Origin: an uncultured Ruminococcus sp.
Lineage (GTDB): Bacteria; Bacillota; Clostridia; Oscillospirales; Ruminococcaceae
Assembly: GCA_964466485.1 (NCBI GenBank)
Contig: CAYXNU010000001.1
Coordinates: 1-33,892, forward strand
Direction: 5' to 3'
DNA length: 33,892 nucleotides
Positions 1 through 10,400 of the stretch are shown one piece after another (position 1 is the stretch's first letter; every line of letters starts with the position of its first letter). The translations under genes were made by a program, and so were the position numbers. The notes beneath the pieces are model-generated. The model made no database searches. It saw nothing but the letters and a program-made list of their open reading frames with translations, and was not told where the DNA came from.

Positions 1-84
1 TATCAATAGATTTTAATATTATTTTATAGTATTATATCATATAGAAGAAGAAAACACAATGACTTTTTGAAAGGATGTATAATT

Positions 85-2070
85 ATGATAAAAAAATATG
101 TTTATGGTAAACCTTTTCCAACAGGTGCAGTTGTAAAAGATATCGAAACAACAGAAGATAAAATCTCATTTTTCGAGGTTAATTCCAATGGAGAGTTTAT
201 CTATAACTTTTCCGAAAATGATATAGTTTACGGTCTAGGAGAGCAAGTGCGTGGTATAAACAAAAGGGGTTGGCAATATGTCAGTTGGAACTACGATAAC
301 CCTAACCATCATGAGGATACACGTTCCTTGTATGGTGCACACAACTTTATTATCGTTCGTGGAGAGAATACTTTCGGGGCGTTCTTTGACTATGCAGGAC
401 AAATCACTTTCGATGTTGGCTACACTAAAAGAAGTATCATGAAAGTATCCGCTAAGACTAACGACCTTGTAGTATATATCATTACAGGCGAAAATGAAAA
501 GGATATCGTTAAACAGTTTAGACAGCTTATAGGTAAGAGTTATATTCCACCACTATGGGCTTTCGGATACGGTCAAAGCCGTTGGGGCTATAAGAACGAA
601 TCGGATATTCGCAACGTAGCAGAACAGTATAAATCCATGGGAATACCTATTGATAGCATATATCTAGATATCGACTACATGGACAACTACAAAGATTTTA
701 CTATAGATAGCGAAAGTTTCCCAGAGTTTGAAAAGCTTGTAAAAGATATGAAATCACAGGGTATACACTTAGTACCAATTATTGACGCAGGTGTAAAAAT
801 CGAAAAGGGCTATGACGTTTACGAGGAGGGTGTAGAAAATAGTTTCTTCTGCAAAGACGCTAACGGAAACGACTTTGTGGGTGCTGTTTGGCCGGGTAGA
901 GTACATTTCCCAGACTTCTTACAGCCTAAGGCTAGAGAATGGTTTGGAGAAAAGTATTCCGTACTAACCAACCTAGGCATTGACGGTTTTTGGAACGATA
1001 TGAACGAACCCGCAATATTCTACACAGAAGATAGACTTGCTGATACTCTTAAAGAGATTGAAGAACTTACATCGGGAAATATGGGCATAAATGAATACTT
1101 TAAGTTTACTGGCATGGTTGCTGGGCTAAATGGAAACATCGGGGACTATGACAAGTTTTATCACAATGTAGATGGCGAATTAGTTAAGCATAGCGACGTT
1201 CACAACCTATATGGCATGAATATGACTCGTTCCGCCTTTGAATCTCTACAAAAGCTTGAGCCTGAAAAACGTACACTATTCTTTTCACGTTCATCGTATG
1301 TAGGCGCACACCGTTACGGTGGTATTTGGCAAGGCGATAATAAATCATGGTGGTCACACATATTACAATCCATGCAACAGTTGTCCGCACTAAATATGGC
1401 AGGGTTCTTGTTTGTAGGTTCTGATACTGGCGGATTTGGTTGCGACACCACAGAAGATTTAATGCTCCGTTGGTTGCAATATTCCATGTTTACTCCGCTA
1501 TTCCGTAACCATTCAGCAGATGGCACTCGTATGCAAGAACTTTACCGCTTTGACAATGTAAACACCGCCCGTGAAATGATAAAGATACGTTATAGCCTTA
1601 TACCATATCTTTACAGTGAGTTTTTAAAATCCGCACTAAATGACGATATGATGTTCCGTCCACTAGCTTTTGACTTCCCAAATGACAGCGTTGCTGTAAA
1701 GGTTGAAAATCAACTACTACTAGGCAACGAACTTATGATTGCCCCAATATATGAACAAAACGCTACAGGACGTTATGTATATCTACCTGAAGATATGATG
1801 CTTGTAAGAATGAAGTCATGGGACGACTATAAGACAGAAAATATCACACAGGGACACCACTATGTAGATGTTCCACTTGACGAACTAGTGTTCTTTATCC
1901 GCAAAGGAAAAGCTATTCCATTTGGCAAGGCTGTAGAGAATACTTCTAAAATAGACGTTAATTCTCTTGAATTAATAGGCTATCCCGACAGTTCCTATGA
2001 ACTATATTTTGATGATGGAATATCCCCAAACCCACAAGATAGCCTAAAAGTTACCACTTTAAAGAAATAG
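85..2070 (+). CDS. Glycoside hydrolase family 31 alpha-glucosidase (alpha-xylosidase not excluded)
   Basis: Long ORF 67..2070. It carries the GH31 nucleophile signature GIDGFWNDMNEP and the downstream RYGGIWQGDN region. ATG at 85 is preferred over TTG at 67 because AAAGGA lies about 9 nt upstream. A hairpin terminator follows. Confidence 0.88.
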   Translation: MIKKYVYGKPFPTGAVVKDIETTEDKISFFEVNSNGEFIYNFSENDIVYGLGEQVRGINKRGWQYVSWNYDNPNHHEDTRSLYGAHNFIIVRGENTFGAFFDYAGQITFDVGYTKRSIMKVSAKTNDLVVYIITGENEKDIVKQFRQLIGKSYIPPLWAFGYGQSRWGYKNESDIRNVAEQYKSMGIPIDSIYLDIDYMDNYKDFTIDSESFPEFEKLVKDMKSQGIHLVPIIDAGVKIEKGYDVYEEGVENSFFCKDANGNDFVGAVWPGRVHFPDFLQPKAREWFGEKYSVLTNLGIDGFWNDMNEPAIFYTEDRLADTLKEIEELTSGNMGINEYFKFTGMVAGLNGNIGDYDKFYHNVDGELVKHSDVHNLYGMNMTRSAFESLQKLEPEKRTLFFSRSSYVGAHRYGGIWQGDNKSWWSHILQSMQQLSALNMAGFLFVGSDTGGFGCDTTEDLMLRWLQYSMFTPLFRNHSADGTRMQELYRFDNVNTAREMIKIRYSLIPYLYSEFLKSALNDDMMFRPLAFDFPNDSVAVKVENQLLLGNELMIAPIYEQNATGRYVYLPEDMMLVRMKSWDDYKTENITQGHHYVDVPLDELVFFIRKGKAIPFGKAVENTSKIDVNSLELIGYPDSSYELYFDDGISPNPQDSLKVTTLKK

Positions 2071-2083
2071 TATATCTTTGCAA

Positions 2084-2110
2084 GGAACGTCCATAGGGCG
2101 TTCCGTTTTT
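2084..2110 (+). terminator. Rho-independent terminator after the GH31 gene
   Basis: GGAACG (2084-2089), 9-nt loop, CGTTCC (2099-2104), followed by GTTTTT. Confidence 0.6.
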
Positions 2111-2142
2111 ATATATTTATGTTAAAATATCCAAAAATAATA

Positions 2143-2171
2143 TTGACAAATCAGCCCAAACAATGTATAAT
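2143..2171 (+). promoter_or_regulatory. Sigma-70-type promoter for the serpin gene
   Basis: TTGACA (2143-2148), 17-nt spacer, TATAAT (2166-2171), both perfect consensus. This places the transcription start downstream of the ATG at 2163 and supports the 2193 start. Confidence 0.7.
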
Positions 2172-2192
2172 ATGGTAATAGGAGGGGTTAAT

Positions 2193-3599
2193 ATGTATAA
2201 ACGACTATTATCTATTATTTTAGGCATAATGTGTCTTAGTTTAACATCATGTGGGACTATAGAAAGTACCGAAGAATCGACAGAAACCACTCAAACAGAA
2301 GAAACAACACAGGCTACTACCGTTCTTGAAACTACTACAGAAACCACTACAGAATCCACAACAGAGGCTATTACAGAAGCTACTACCACCGAGGAAGTCA
2401 CTACCTATGAACCTAACACTTTGGATGATATTCAACAGGTTGAACAGTTAGACCCTAACGTTAAATATGATATGCTTAACTTTTCCATAGAACTATTTAA
2501 ACGTAGATTCATAGAAGACAACTCTATGGGCGAAAATACGTTAGTATCCCCACAGAGTTTGTATTATGTACTAGCAATGGTTGTTAATGGCTCGGACGGT
2601 GTTACTAAGCAAGAGTTGGCAGACACACTATTTCCAGATTCCGATTTGGATACCTTTAACAGCAGTATAACGTACTTGCTAAACTCCACAGACCCTAACG
2701 TTTGCAAAAATGCTAACGCTATTTGGCTTAGGGATGATTTTTCCATTAACGAAAGTTTTGCCGACTACTGCACACAGTATTTTAATGCTAAAGTTGAATC
2801 TAAAGCCTTTGACATGGACTTTGTAGACTATGCTAACAACTGGGCTTACGAAAACACCGACGGCATGATAGATACTATCTTGAACGAAGTGCCATCCGAG
2901 GAGGCTATAATGTACCTAGCAAATGCTATATCTTTCGACGACGTTTGGCTTGAAAGTTACGACGATATGAATGTCCGTGAGGGTGAAAGTTTTTATAGTT
3001 CTCAAGATGAAACTGAAAGTGTTACTATGCTACATTCTCAAGAATATTACTACTTTGATGATGGGCGTTCGAGTGGCTTTTTAAAGTATTACACCGACGA
3101 AAGATATGCATTCTTAGCTATAGTTCCCGATATGTATATATCTTTGCCAAACTACATACAAAACTTAACAGTAGACAGTTTTAATAACATCTTTACCAGT
3201 ATGGACTTTTACACCCAAAATGTGAATTTTGAACTATATGTCACCATGCCAGAATATAAGTACGATTGCGATTACGATTTCAGCAAGGATTTAATAGATA
3301 TGGGCATTGAAACGGCTTTTAATGATATGATGGCAGACTTCCCTAATATGGTTAATGGAGAAGAACTTTATATTAGCAAAGTTCTACAAAAGTCAGCGGT
3401 GCAAGTGGATAGAAACGGCACTAAGGCTAGTGCTTCTACAGTGGCAGAAATGTCACCTGTTACCAACGACGGCGACAAACCTCATTATTCTGTAGACCTT
3501 AACCAGCCTTTTATGTATGCCATAATGGATATGGATACGCAATTGCCAGTATTTATGGGAGTAGTAAACACTATCGAAACTAGTGAAAGTGAAGATTAA
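2193..3599 (+). CDS. Serpin-family protease inhibitor, predicted lipoprotein with a Thr/Glu-rich linker
   Basis: RBS GGAGGGG lies upstream of ATG 2193. Signal peptide with lipobox LTSC. Serpin-like blocks NAIWLRDDF and ANAISFDDVW, hinge/reactive-centre-loop-like GTKASASTVAEMSPVT, and C-terminal PFMYAIMD. Confidence 0.82.
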   Translation: MYKRLLSIILGIMCLSLTSCGTIESTEESTETTQTEETTQATTVLETTTETTTESTTEAITEATTTEEVTTYEPNTLDDIQQVEQLDPNVKYDMLNFSIELFKRRFIEDNSMGENTLVSPQSLYYVLAMVVNGSDGVTKQELADTLFPDSDLDTFNSSITYLLNSTDPNVCKNANAIWLRDDFSINESFADYCTQYFNAKVESKAFDMDFVDYANNWAYENTDGMIDTILNEVPSEEAIMYLANAISFDDVWLESYDDMNVREGESFYSSQDETESVTMLHSQEYYYFDDGRSSGFLKYYTDERYAFLAIVPDMYISLPNYIQNLTVDSFNNIFTSMDFYTQNVNFELYVTMPEYKYDCDYDFSKDLIDMGIETAFNDMMADFPNMVNGEELYISKVLQKSAVQVDRNGTKASASTVAEMSPVTNDGDKPHYSVDLNQPFMYAIMDMDTQLPVFMGVVNTIETSESED

Positions 3600-3627
3600 T
3601 ATATTATATATTAATATATAAAAAAAC

Positions 3628-3655
3628 AAGTCTTATCTTTTTGGATAAGACTTGC
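3628..3655. terminator. Bidirectional rho-independent terminator between the convergent serpin and cysE genes
   Basis: 11-bp perfect stem CAAGTCTTATC / GATAAGACTTG with a 6-nt loop. It is flanked by A7 upstream and a T-rich run downstream, so it can work on both strands. Confidence 0.8.
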
Positions 3656-3671
3656 TTTTATTTGACGTTAT

Positions 3672-4373
3672 TTAAATAACGTATGTACCAACTTCAACGT
3701 TGATATTATACTTTTGCACTTGATTTTGTATCTGTTTTTCGCAACGCAAAAGTTCTTCGTTTAGGGCGTTTATTTGCAACTGCAAATTGCACATATCTTG
3801 TGATACTGGGTCGGGTATGTGGATTTGGTCGCATATATCGTGCGTGTTGACTCTTTTGCCATTAACCTTTACTATTCTAGCTGGAACGCCCACAGCAGTG
3901 CTATTTGGGGGAATAGCCGACAACACTACAGCATTAGAGGCTATCTTAGTATTGTCGCCCACGGTAAAAGGTCCTAAAACTTTAGCCCCAGAGCCAACCA
4001 TTACGTTGTTGCCCAGTGTAGGATGTCTTTTGCCTTTATCCTTGCCAGTACCACCGAGAGTCACCCCTTGATATAGTAAGCAGTTGTCGCCTATTTCTGC
4101 GGTTTCACCGATAACTACTCCCATGCCGTGGTCTATAAATAGTCCCTTGCCTATTTTTGCCCCAGGATGTATTTCTATTCCTGTGCAAAATCTAGCCCAC
4201 TGGGAGATTATACGGGCAACCGTGAAAAGCTTATGCATATAGCAAAAATGCGATAAACGGTAGTACCAAACAGCGTGTAAACCCGAATACGTTGCCAAAA
4301 TTTCAAAAGTATTTTTTACTGAGGGGTCACGTTCCTTAATTAAGGAAATATCTTCTTTTAAACGTTTAAACAT
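3672..4373 (-). CDS. cysE: Serine O-acetyltransferase
   Basis: Hexapeptide-repeat core IHPGAKIGKGLFIDHGMGVVIGETAEIGDNCLLYQGVTLGGTG...RHPTLGNNVMVGSGAKVLG and a Gram-positive-type C-terminal tail (PDPV...). AGGTGA lies 7 nt upstream of ATG 4373. It sits 40 nt downstream of the NRPS stop with no terminator between them. Confidence 0.9.
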   Translation of the reverse strand: MFKRLKEDISLIKERDPSVKNTFEILATYSGLHAVWYYRLSHFCYMHKLFTVARIISQWARFCTGIEIHPGAKIGKGLFIDHGMGVVIGETAEIGDNCLLYQGVTLGGTGKDKGKRHPTLGNNVMVGSGAKVLGPFTVGDNTKIASNAVVLSAIPPNSTAVGVPARIVKVNGKRVNTHDICDQIHIPDPVSQDMCNLQLQINALNEELLRCEKQIQNQVQKYNINVEVGTYVI

Positions 4374-4413
4374 CACATCATCACCTAAAAATATTTATCT
4401 CATATGGATAGCT

Positions 4414-7400
4414 TTAAAACTCTGCAAAGTCGTAGTCTTCGGATGTTTCGTCTATAGATATTTGCTCATCAACCTTACTAGCAAGTTCTCTAATAGTTTG
4501 AATTTGGAAGATATCTTGTAAGGAAACAGTTATATTGAACCTATCTTTAAGAGCGTTCATGCACTGTATAGCTATCAAGGAATCCCCACCTATTTCAAAG
4601 AATTTTTCAGTTACACCGATATTTTCATTCTTTAGGATATCGCACCAAACCTCATAGAGTTTTTGTTCTGTAGCGGTTTCGGGCTTGAGAATGTTCTTAA
4701 TAGGTATGTGTTTGCTGTAGTTGTTAGCAACGCTTAAGAGATATTTTCTGTCAACCTTGCCGTTAGCGGTTATAGGAACGCTATCCATGATTACATATCT
4801 GCTAGGCAACATATAGTCTGTTAGTTTTTCTGTAGCCGTTTTGGAAATTTCATTGATGTTTACATTTGCAAAGTTGGAACTATCTTTGGTTATGTATAGA
4901 CCAGTCCTCATGGATTGCTCTACTGTAGAACCATTGCCAAAAGCTTTTATCACATCAAGGCTAGACTTTTTAAAGGTGTTAAGCCACTGTTCGTTGTTTA
5001 GCAAAGGCAAGAACGTATCTTTTCTTAAGTCCTCAAAGTGGCTAAAGCCGTCTTCTAGAAAACCTGCGGTATTCATGACGAAACAGTTATTTTCCAGTTG
5101 TTCAATAACTATTAAGATACCGTTTCCTTTTAGTAGGGACTTTATATTATCCAAAGCGGTATTAACGTTACTAGAGCGATGTATAGTATTGTCAGCGATG
5201 ATTATATCATAGGTGTGGGTATCTGTGCCTTGTTCGTATGGTGAAACTTCCATATCAAAGGTAGAGTATTTAATATCACTGCTTTCAACGTTAGACTTTT
5301 TCTGTTCTATAAAGTAGCTAGAAGTATCTAGGTATGTGTAAGTAGTGTTGCTAAAGTCTAAGTTTTGGGATATAAACTCTGTGAAACTTCCCGAACGTGT
5401 ACCAATTTCGGCAATGTTTAAAGGTTGCTCTTTGGAAACGTTTTGTATAGCTTTAACTACTTTTAGCACAGACGCATATTGACAATTAGCGGTTATATTG
5501 AACTTGCTCATAAATAGTGGTGTTAAAGGTGCATCGCTAGATATAAACAACTCTAAAGGGTTAGTCTTTCCTTGCAACACTGAAACTATTACTTCTAAGC
5601 TACAGCTAAATATTAGGTTTAACTCGTTAAATTCATTATCGAAACCGCCAACCACTGCATACTTATAAGCCTTTTCCTTAAAGGTGTACAAGCCATTTTC
5701 AAGGACTGCTAAGCCTTTATTAGATAGTACTTTTAGCCAGTTGCCCACTAGGTGATAGTATCTAGTATCTATGGAATATTTGCTAACAATATCGTCAAGG
5801 CTTATAGGAGAACTTTCACTAAATATTCCCATAGCGTTGAAAATCTTGCAAACAACATCCACTGATATGTTTTCTAAGTTTTGATAGAAATCATCTAGCT
5901 GTTGAGCGGAAAGCCTGTTAGTATCAAAGAAGTTTTGAACGATATCGTCAATGGTAAAGTCACTAGGTAGTACAGCCTTTGGATTTTCTTCAGTTTTTGG
6001 GACTATAAAGTCTACTATCTGTTTGTTGTCGGTAACTACCGCATAGGACTGTTTAACCGTTGGATTAGTCTTAATAACTTCTTCAATTTCGCCTAGTTCT
6101 ATTCTAAAACCGTGAATTTTAACTTGAAAATCTTCACGACCTAAAAACTCTATGTTTCCGTCGGGGAGGTATTTTCCAATGTCGCCAGTATTGTATACTA
6201 TTTCGTCATGGTACTTTATAAATCTTTCGGAGGTTATTACGGGGTTGTTAAGGTATCCAGTAGCCAAACCAACACCACCTATATATAGAGTTCCTACGAC
6301 GTTTACGGGGCAACTCTGCATTAGTGAGTTTAATATATAGAAACGCTGATTTTTCAAAGGTTTGCCGTAAGGTATGCTATTCCAGTTGGGGTTTATGGTA
6401 TCAATTTTGTAGAAGTTCGACCAAATAGAAGCCTCAGTAGCACCACCCAAACTGATAACATCAACATGACTAAAAGTATCCTTAATGCTATTTGGGAGTT
6501 GTAAAGGTATCCAATCTCCGCTTAGTAGAGCCAACCTTAAGGAGAAGTTTTCCTTGACGATATCCTTAGAGTATTCTAGTAGCATTTGCATAAACGCTGG
6601 GACTGTGTTCCAAATGGTTACTTTTTCAGTTGACATCAACTGTAGCCAACTTTCGGGGTTTTTAACGTTGTCTTCCTTAACGATTACTATAGCACCGCCA
6701 CATGAGAACATTCCAAAGATATCGTAAACGGATAGGTCAAAGTTCAAGTTTGATAGTGCAATAGTTCTGTCGTTTGGAGTAACGCTAAAACGTTCGTTAA
6801 TATCTAATATGGTATTTACTACACCCCTATTGTTTATAGATACACCTTTGGGCTTTCCTGTAGAACCCGACGTATATATTACATAGGCAAGGCTATCGCT
6901 AGTGGATTGTGCATTGATATTTTCACTACATTTTGGAATATCTTCTAAGATTACGAAACTGGTATCTATAATGCCTAGGTTGTACTTTTCATAGGAGTTT
7001 CTATCCGTGACTATGTAGTCAACGTTTGCCTCGTGTAGAATATCTTCAACACGCTGTTTTGGATACTTTATATCTAGTGGTACATAGCCACCGCCCGTCT
7101 TTATTACGCCCATAACGCTAACTATTTGGTTAATGCTTTTTTCAACCATGACACCTACTAACTTGTGTACACCCATGCCGTTCTTAAGTAGAACGTTTGC
7201 GATATCGTTAGCTTTGGTATTTAGTTGGGCATAGGTTAAAGCGGTAGTGCTATCTGTGATAGCTACGTTGTTTGGGTACTTTTGAACAGTTTTGTTAAAC
7301 AAGCTTAAAAGCGTTTCCTTAGATATTTCGCTTTGGGTGTTGTTAGCTTGAACTACCTCATTAGGTAGGATAATATTTGCTATGCTTTTTTTATCTTCTA

Positions 7401-10400
7401 TCCAAAGGGCTTTGTTATCTATTAAGGCATCAACCAATCTAGAATAGGTTTCAAACATTTCATCAACCATACTTTCTGGGAAGATTTCCTTAATAAAGTC
7501 TAGAACTAGTATTAGTTTTCCGTTCTCCTCTGAAACTTGATGGTCTAGCCAAACCTGTGGTGTTTCGGAACTTCTGTACACTCTGTTATCGAAAAGGCTT
7601 TGCTTTTCGTTTTTGTTCAAGCCTAAAGCACTAGTAAACACCACTGGAAATAGTAAGCTTTTAGCATCGTGTTTTTTAGTAAGTTCACGCTGTAGGGCAA
7701 CGCCGTCATAGTAAGGGTGGTCTAAATCTTTCCAAAGTTGTTGTTGAAGTATACGGCATCTTTCAAGGAAGTTATTTCCTTTAGAGAAGTCTGTTTCTAG
7801 CAACGTTAAGGAAGTAAAGTCGCCTATAATACTGTTAATATTTTCATGTAGGGGCAATCTGTTAAAGTGAGTCAAGTTTATAGTAAATTGTGGTTTTCTG
7901 CTCCAAACGTTTAATATTTCAACGTAGATACCTATTAGTAGTCCTGATGGTGTAATGCCACCGTATTCGGAAATAGTATTCTTTAGGGTGTTCCACCTAT
8001 CGTGTGGTACGACTTTTTCAAGGTGTGTAAACTGATAGTTTCCAGTGACGTTTTTCAAAGGTAGTTCGGGAGCTAGTGGAATAGTATCCAATCTGTCTAG
8101 CCAATAATTTTTGCTATCTTCATATAGGGTAGTTTCTTGAATAGCATCGTAGGCTACCATATAGTCCCTAAAGGATACGCCTATATCGTCTAGTATGCCG
8201 TTTGGGTTTTCATAGAAGTATTGCCATTCATTAAATAGTAAGAATATGCTAAAGCCATCAAAGATGATGTTATCAAAGCATAGGTTTAGACGATAGTTGC
8301 TATCATTAACTTTTATAACTCTAATATCGAATAGTGGAAAAGTTTCAGCGGTAAATAGCTTGTGGGACATTTCCTCACGGAGTTGCAATATAAAACTATT
8401 AGTTTCCTCAACGGGCTTGTTAGAGTAGTCATAGATAGGAATGGTATAGCTAGGCATATCTTTTAAAACCTGTTGGGACTGTCCATCTGGGAGTATTACA
8501 GTTCTCATCATATCTTGACGTGCAATAACCTTAAGTAGTGCAAGGTTAAGCTTTTCAACGTCAAGGGAAGTGTTTTCCACTTCAAAGTAATAGTGTGTAG
8601 ATATGTTTCCGAAATCGTAAATACCTTTTCTGCCTATTAGATATGCTTTCTGTACTTCAGTCATAGGGAAAGGCTCAAAGCGGTTTTTCTCATCATGTTG
8701 AATCTGTTTAAGGGGTTCTTCTTTGGTAGTGGTTTCCTCGCTAATGTAAAGTGTAACTCTTTCAGCCTGTTTTGAAAGTGTTGGGTATTCAAAGATATCT
8801 TCTAAAGAGAACTTTATGTTAAAACTTTCCTTAATGATATTACTCAAACGCACTGCGGATAGTGAATCCCCACCGAGTTCAAAGTAGTCATCGTTTAAGC
8901 TTACACGGGCAATTCCCAGTGTAGACTGCCATATATTAGCTAAAGATTTTTCCACTTCTGTGTTGGGTGCTATGTACTCTTTTTGAACTAGTACGCTTTC
9001 GTCAATCTCATAGGATGCCAAAGCTTTTTTATCGACTTTTCCGTTGGCGGTTATAGGTATGGAATCCAAAAAGATGTATACATTAGGTATCATGTAGTTT
9101 GGCAATTTAGAGTTTAGGAACTCTCTAATGTCATTCTTAAAGGTAGTTTCGTCAAGGTTAGACTTATCCTTTGCGACTATGTAGGCTACTAAGTGGTTGT
9201 TGTTAAGGGTATCTTTAAAGGTAGTAACTACATAGTTTTCCAACTTGCCGAACTTATTTAAAGCACTTTCTATTTCGCCTAGTTCTATTCTGTGTCCTCT
9301 AACTTTAACTTGAAAGTCTTTTCTTCCTAAAAACTCTATTATGCCGTCTTCTCTAAATCTTCCCAAATCTCCAGTCTTGTACCATCTTTTGTTGTTTTCG
9401 TCCATAAAGAAATGTGCTTGAGTCTGTTCGATATTGTTGCAGTAGTCTAGTGCAAGACCGTCACCACCGATTAAGAGTTCACCAGTAACCCATTCAGGAC
9501 AACCATAGCCCTTATCATTGACGATATTGTATTGCTGATTAGATAGCGGTTTGCCATAAGGTATAGATACCCATTCGCTGTTTAGTGGTAGAGAAACATC
9601 AAAGTAGTTCGACCAAATGGAAGCTTCTGTAGCACCACCCATGGAAGTTAGTTCGGAGTTTTCTGCGATAGCCTTTAGTTTGTATGGTATAGTTAAACCA
9701 ATCCAATCTCCAGAGAGGAACACTCTTTTTAGTGAGGGCAATGTAACGTTGCTATTTTCAGCAGATACTAAAAGCATATCTAGTATTGCAGGTACGGAGT
9801 TCCAAACGGTAACGTTGTACTTTAACACCGCTGATAGCCATCTTTCGGAGTTTCTTTTGTCGTTCTCATCGATAGTTATTATAGTACCACCAGCGTTTAA
9901 CATTCCAAAGATATCGTATACAGATAGGTCAAAGTCTAGGGAAGATATTGCTAGTATGCTATCATTCTCATTGATGTTGTACCTATCGTTAATATCGTAA
10001 ATAGTATTGTATGCACACCTATGTTGAATTTCAACGCCTTTGGGTTCTCCCGTTGAGCCTGATGTAAAGATGATATATGCTAAACTGTCTAAGTCTATGG
10101 TTACATCTTGTAAAGTGTTTTCGCTGTAGAGTAGTGCATCTTCTATTGAAACTACTGTTGCACTAGTTGGAAATTCTATACTAGAAATAGTATTGCTATC
10201 GGATAGCACAAACTTAATGTTTGCTCTGTTGTGTATGGAGGTTTGTCTATCCACTGGCTGATTTACTCCAATAGGTACATAACAACCATTAAACATTACA
10301 ACACCCAAAACAGCCTCTATTTGAGATATTCCTTTTGGGAGTGTTATAGCAACTTTGTCGTGGGGTTTAGCCCCACAGGATAGCAACTTATTTGCTATGT

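Noticed and set aside
67-2192. The upstream alternative starts given by the ORF track: TTG 67 for GH31 and ATG 2163 for the serpin.
   Set aside because: Better RBS spacing supports ATG 85 and ATG 2193. The consensus promoter at 2143-2171 would put the transcription start downstream of 2163.
2262-2408. Repetitive ACN/GAA-rich DNA in the serpin 5' region, as a possible tandem repeat or contingency locus.
   Set aside because: It encodes an imperfect Thr/Glu-rich linker with no exact repeat unit, so this is compositional bias rather than a VNTR or CRISPR-like array.
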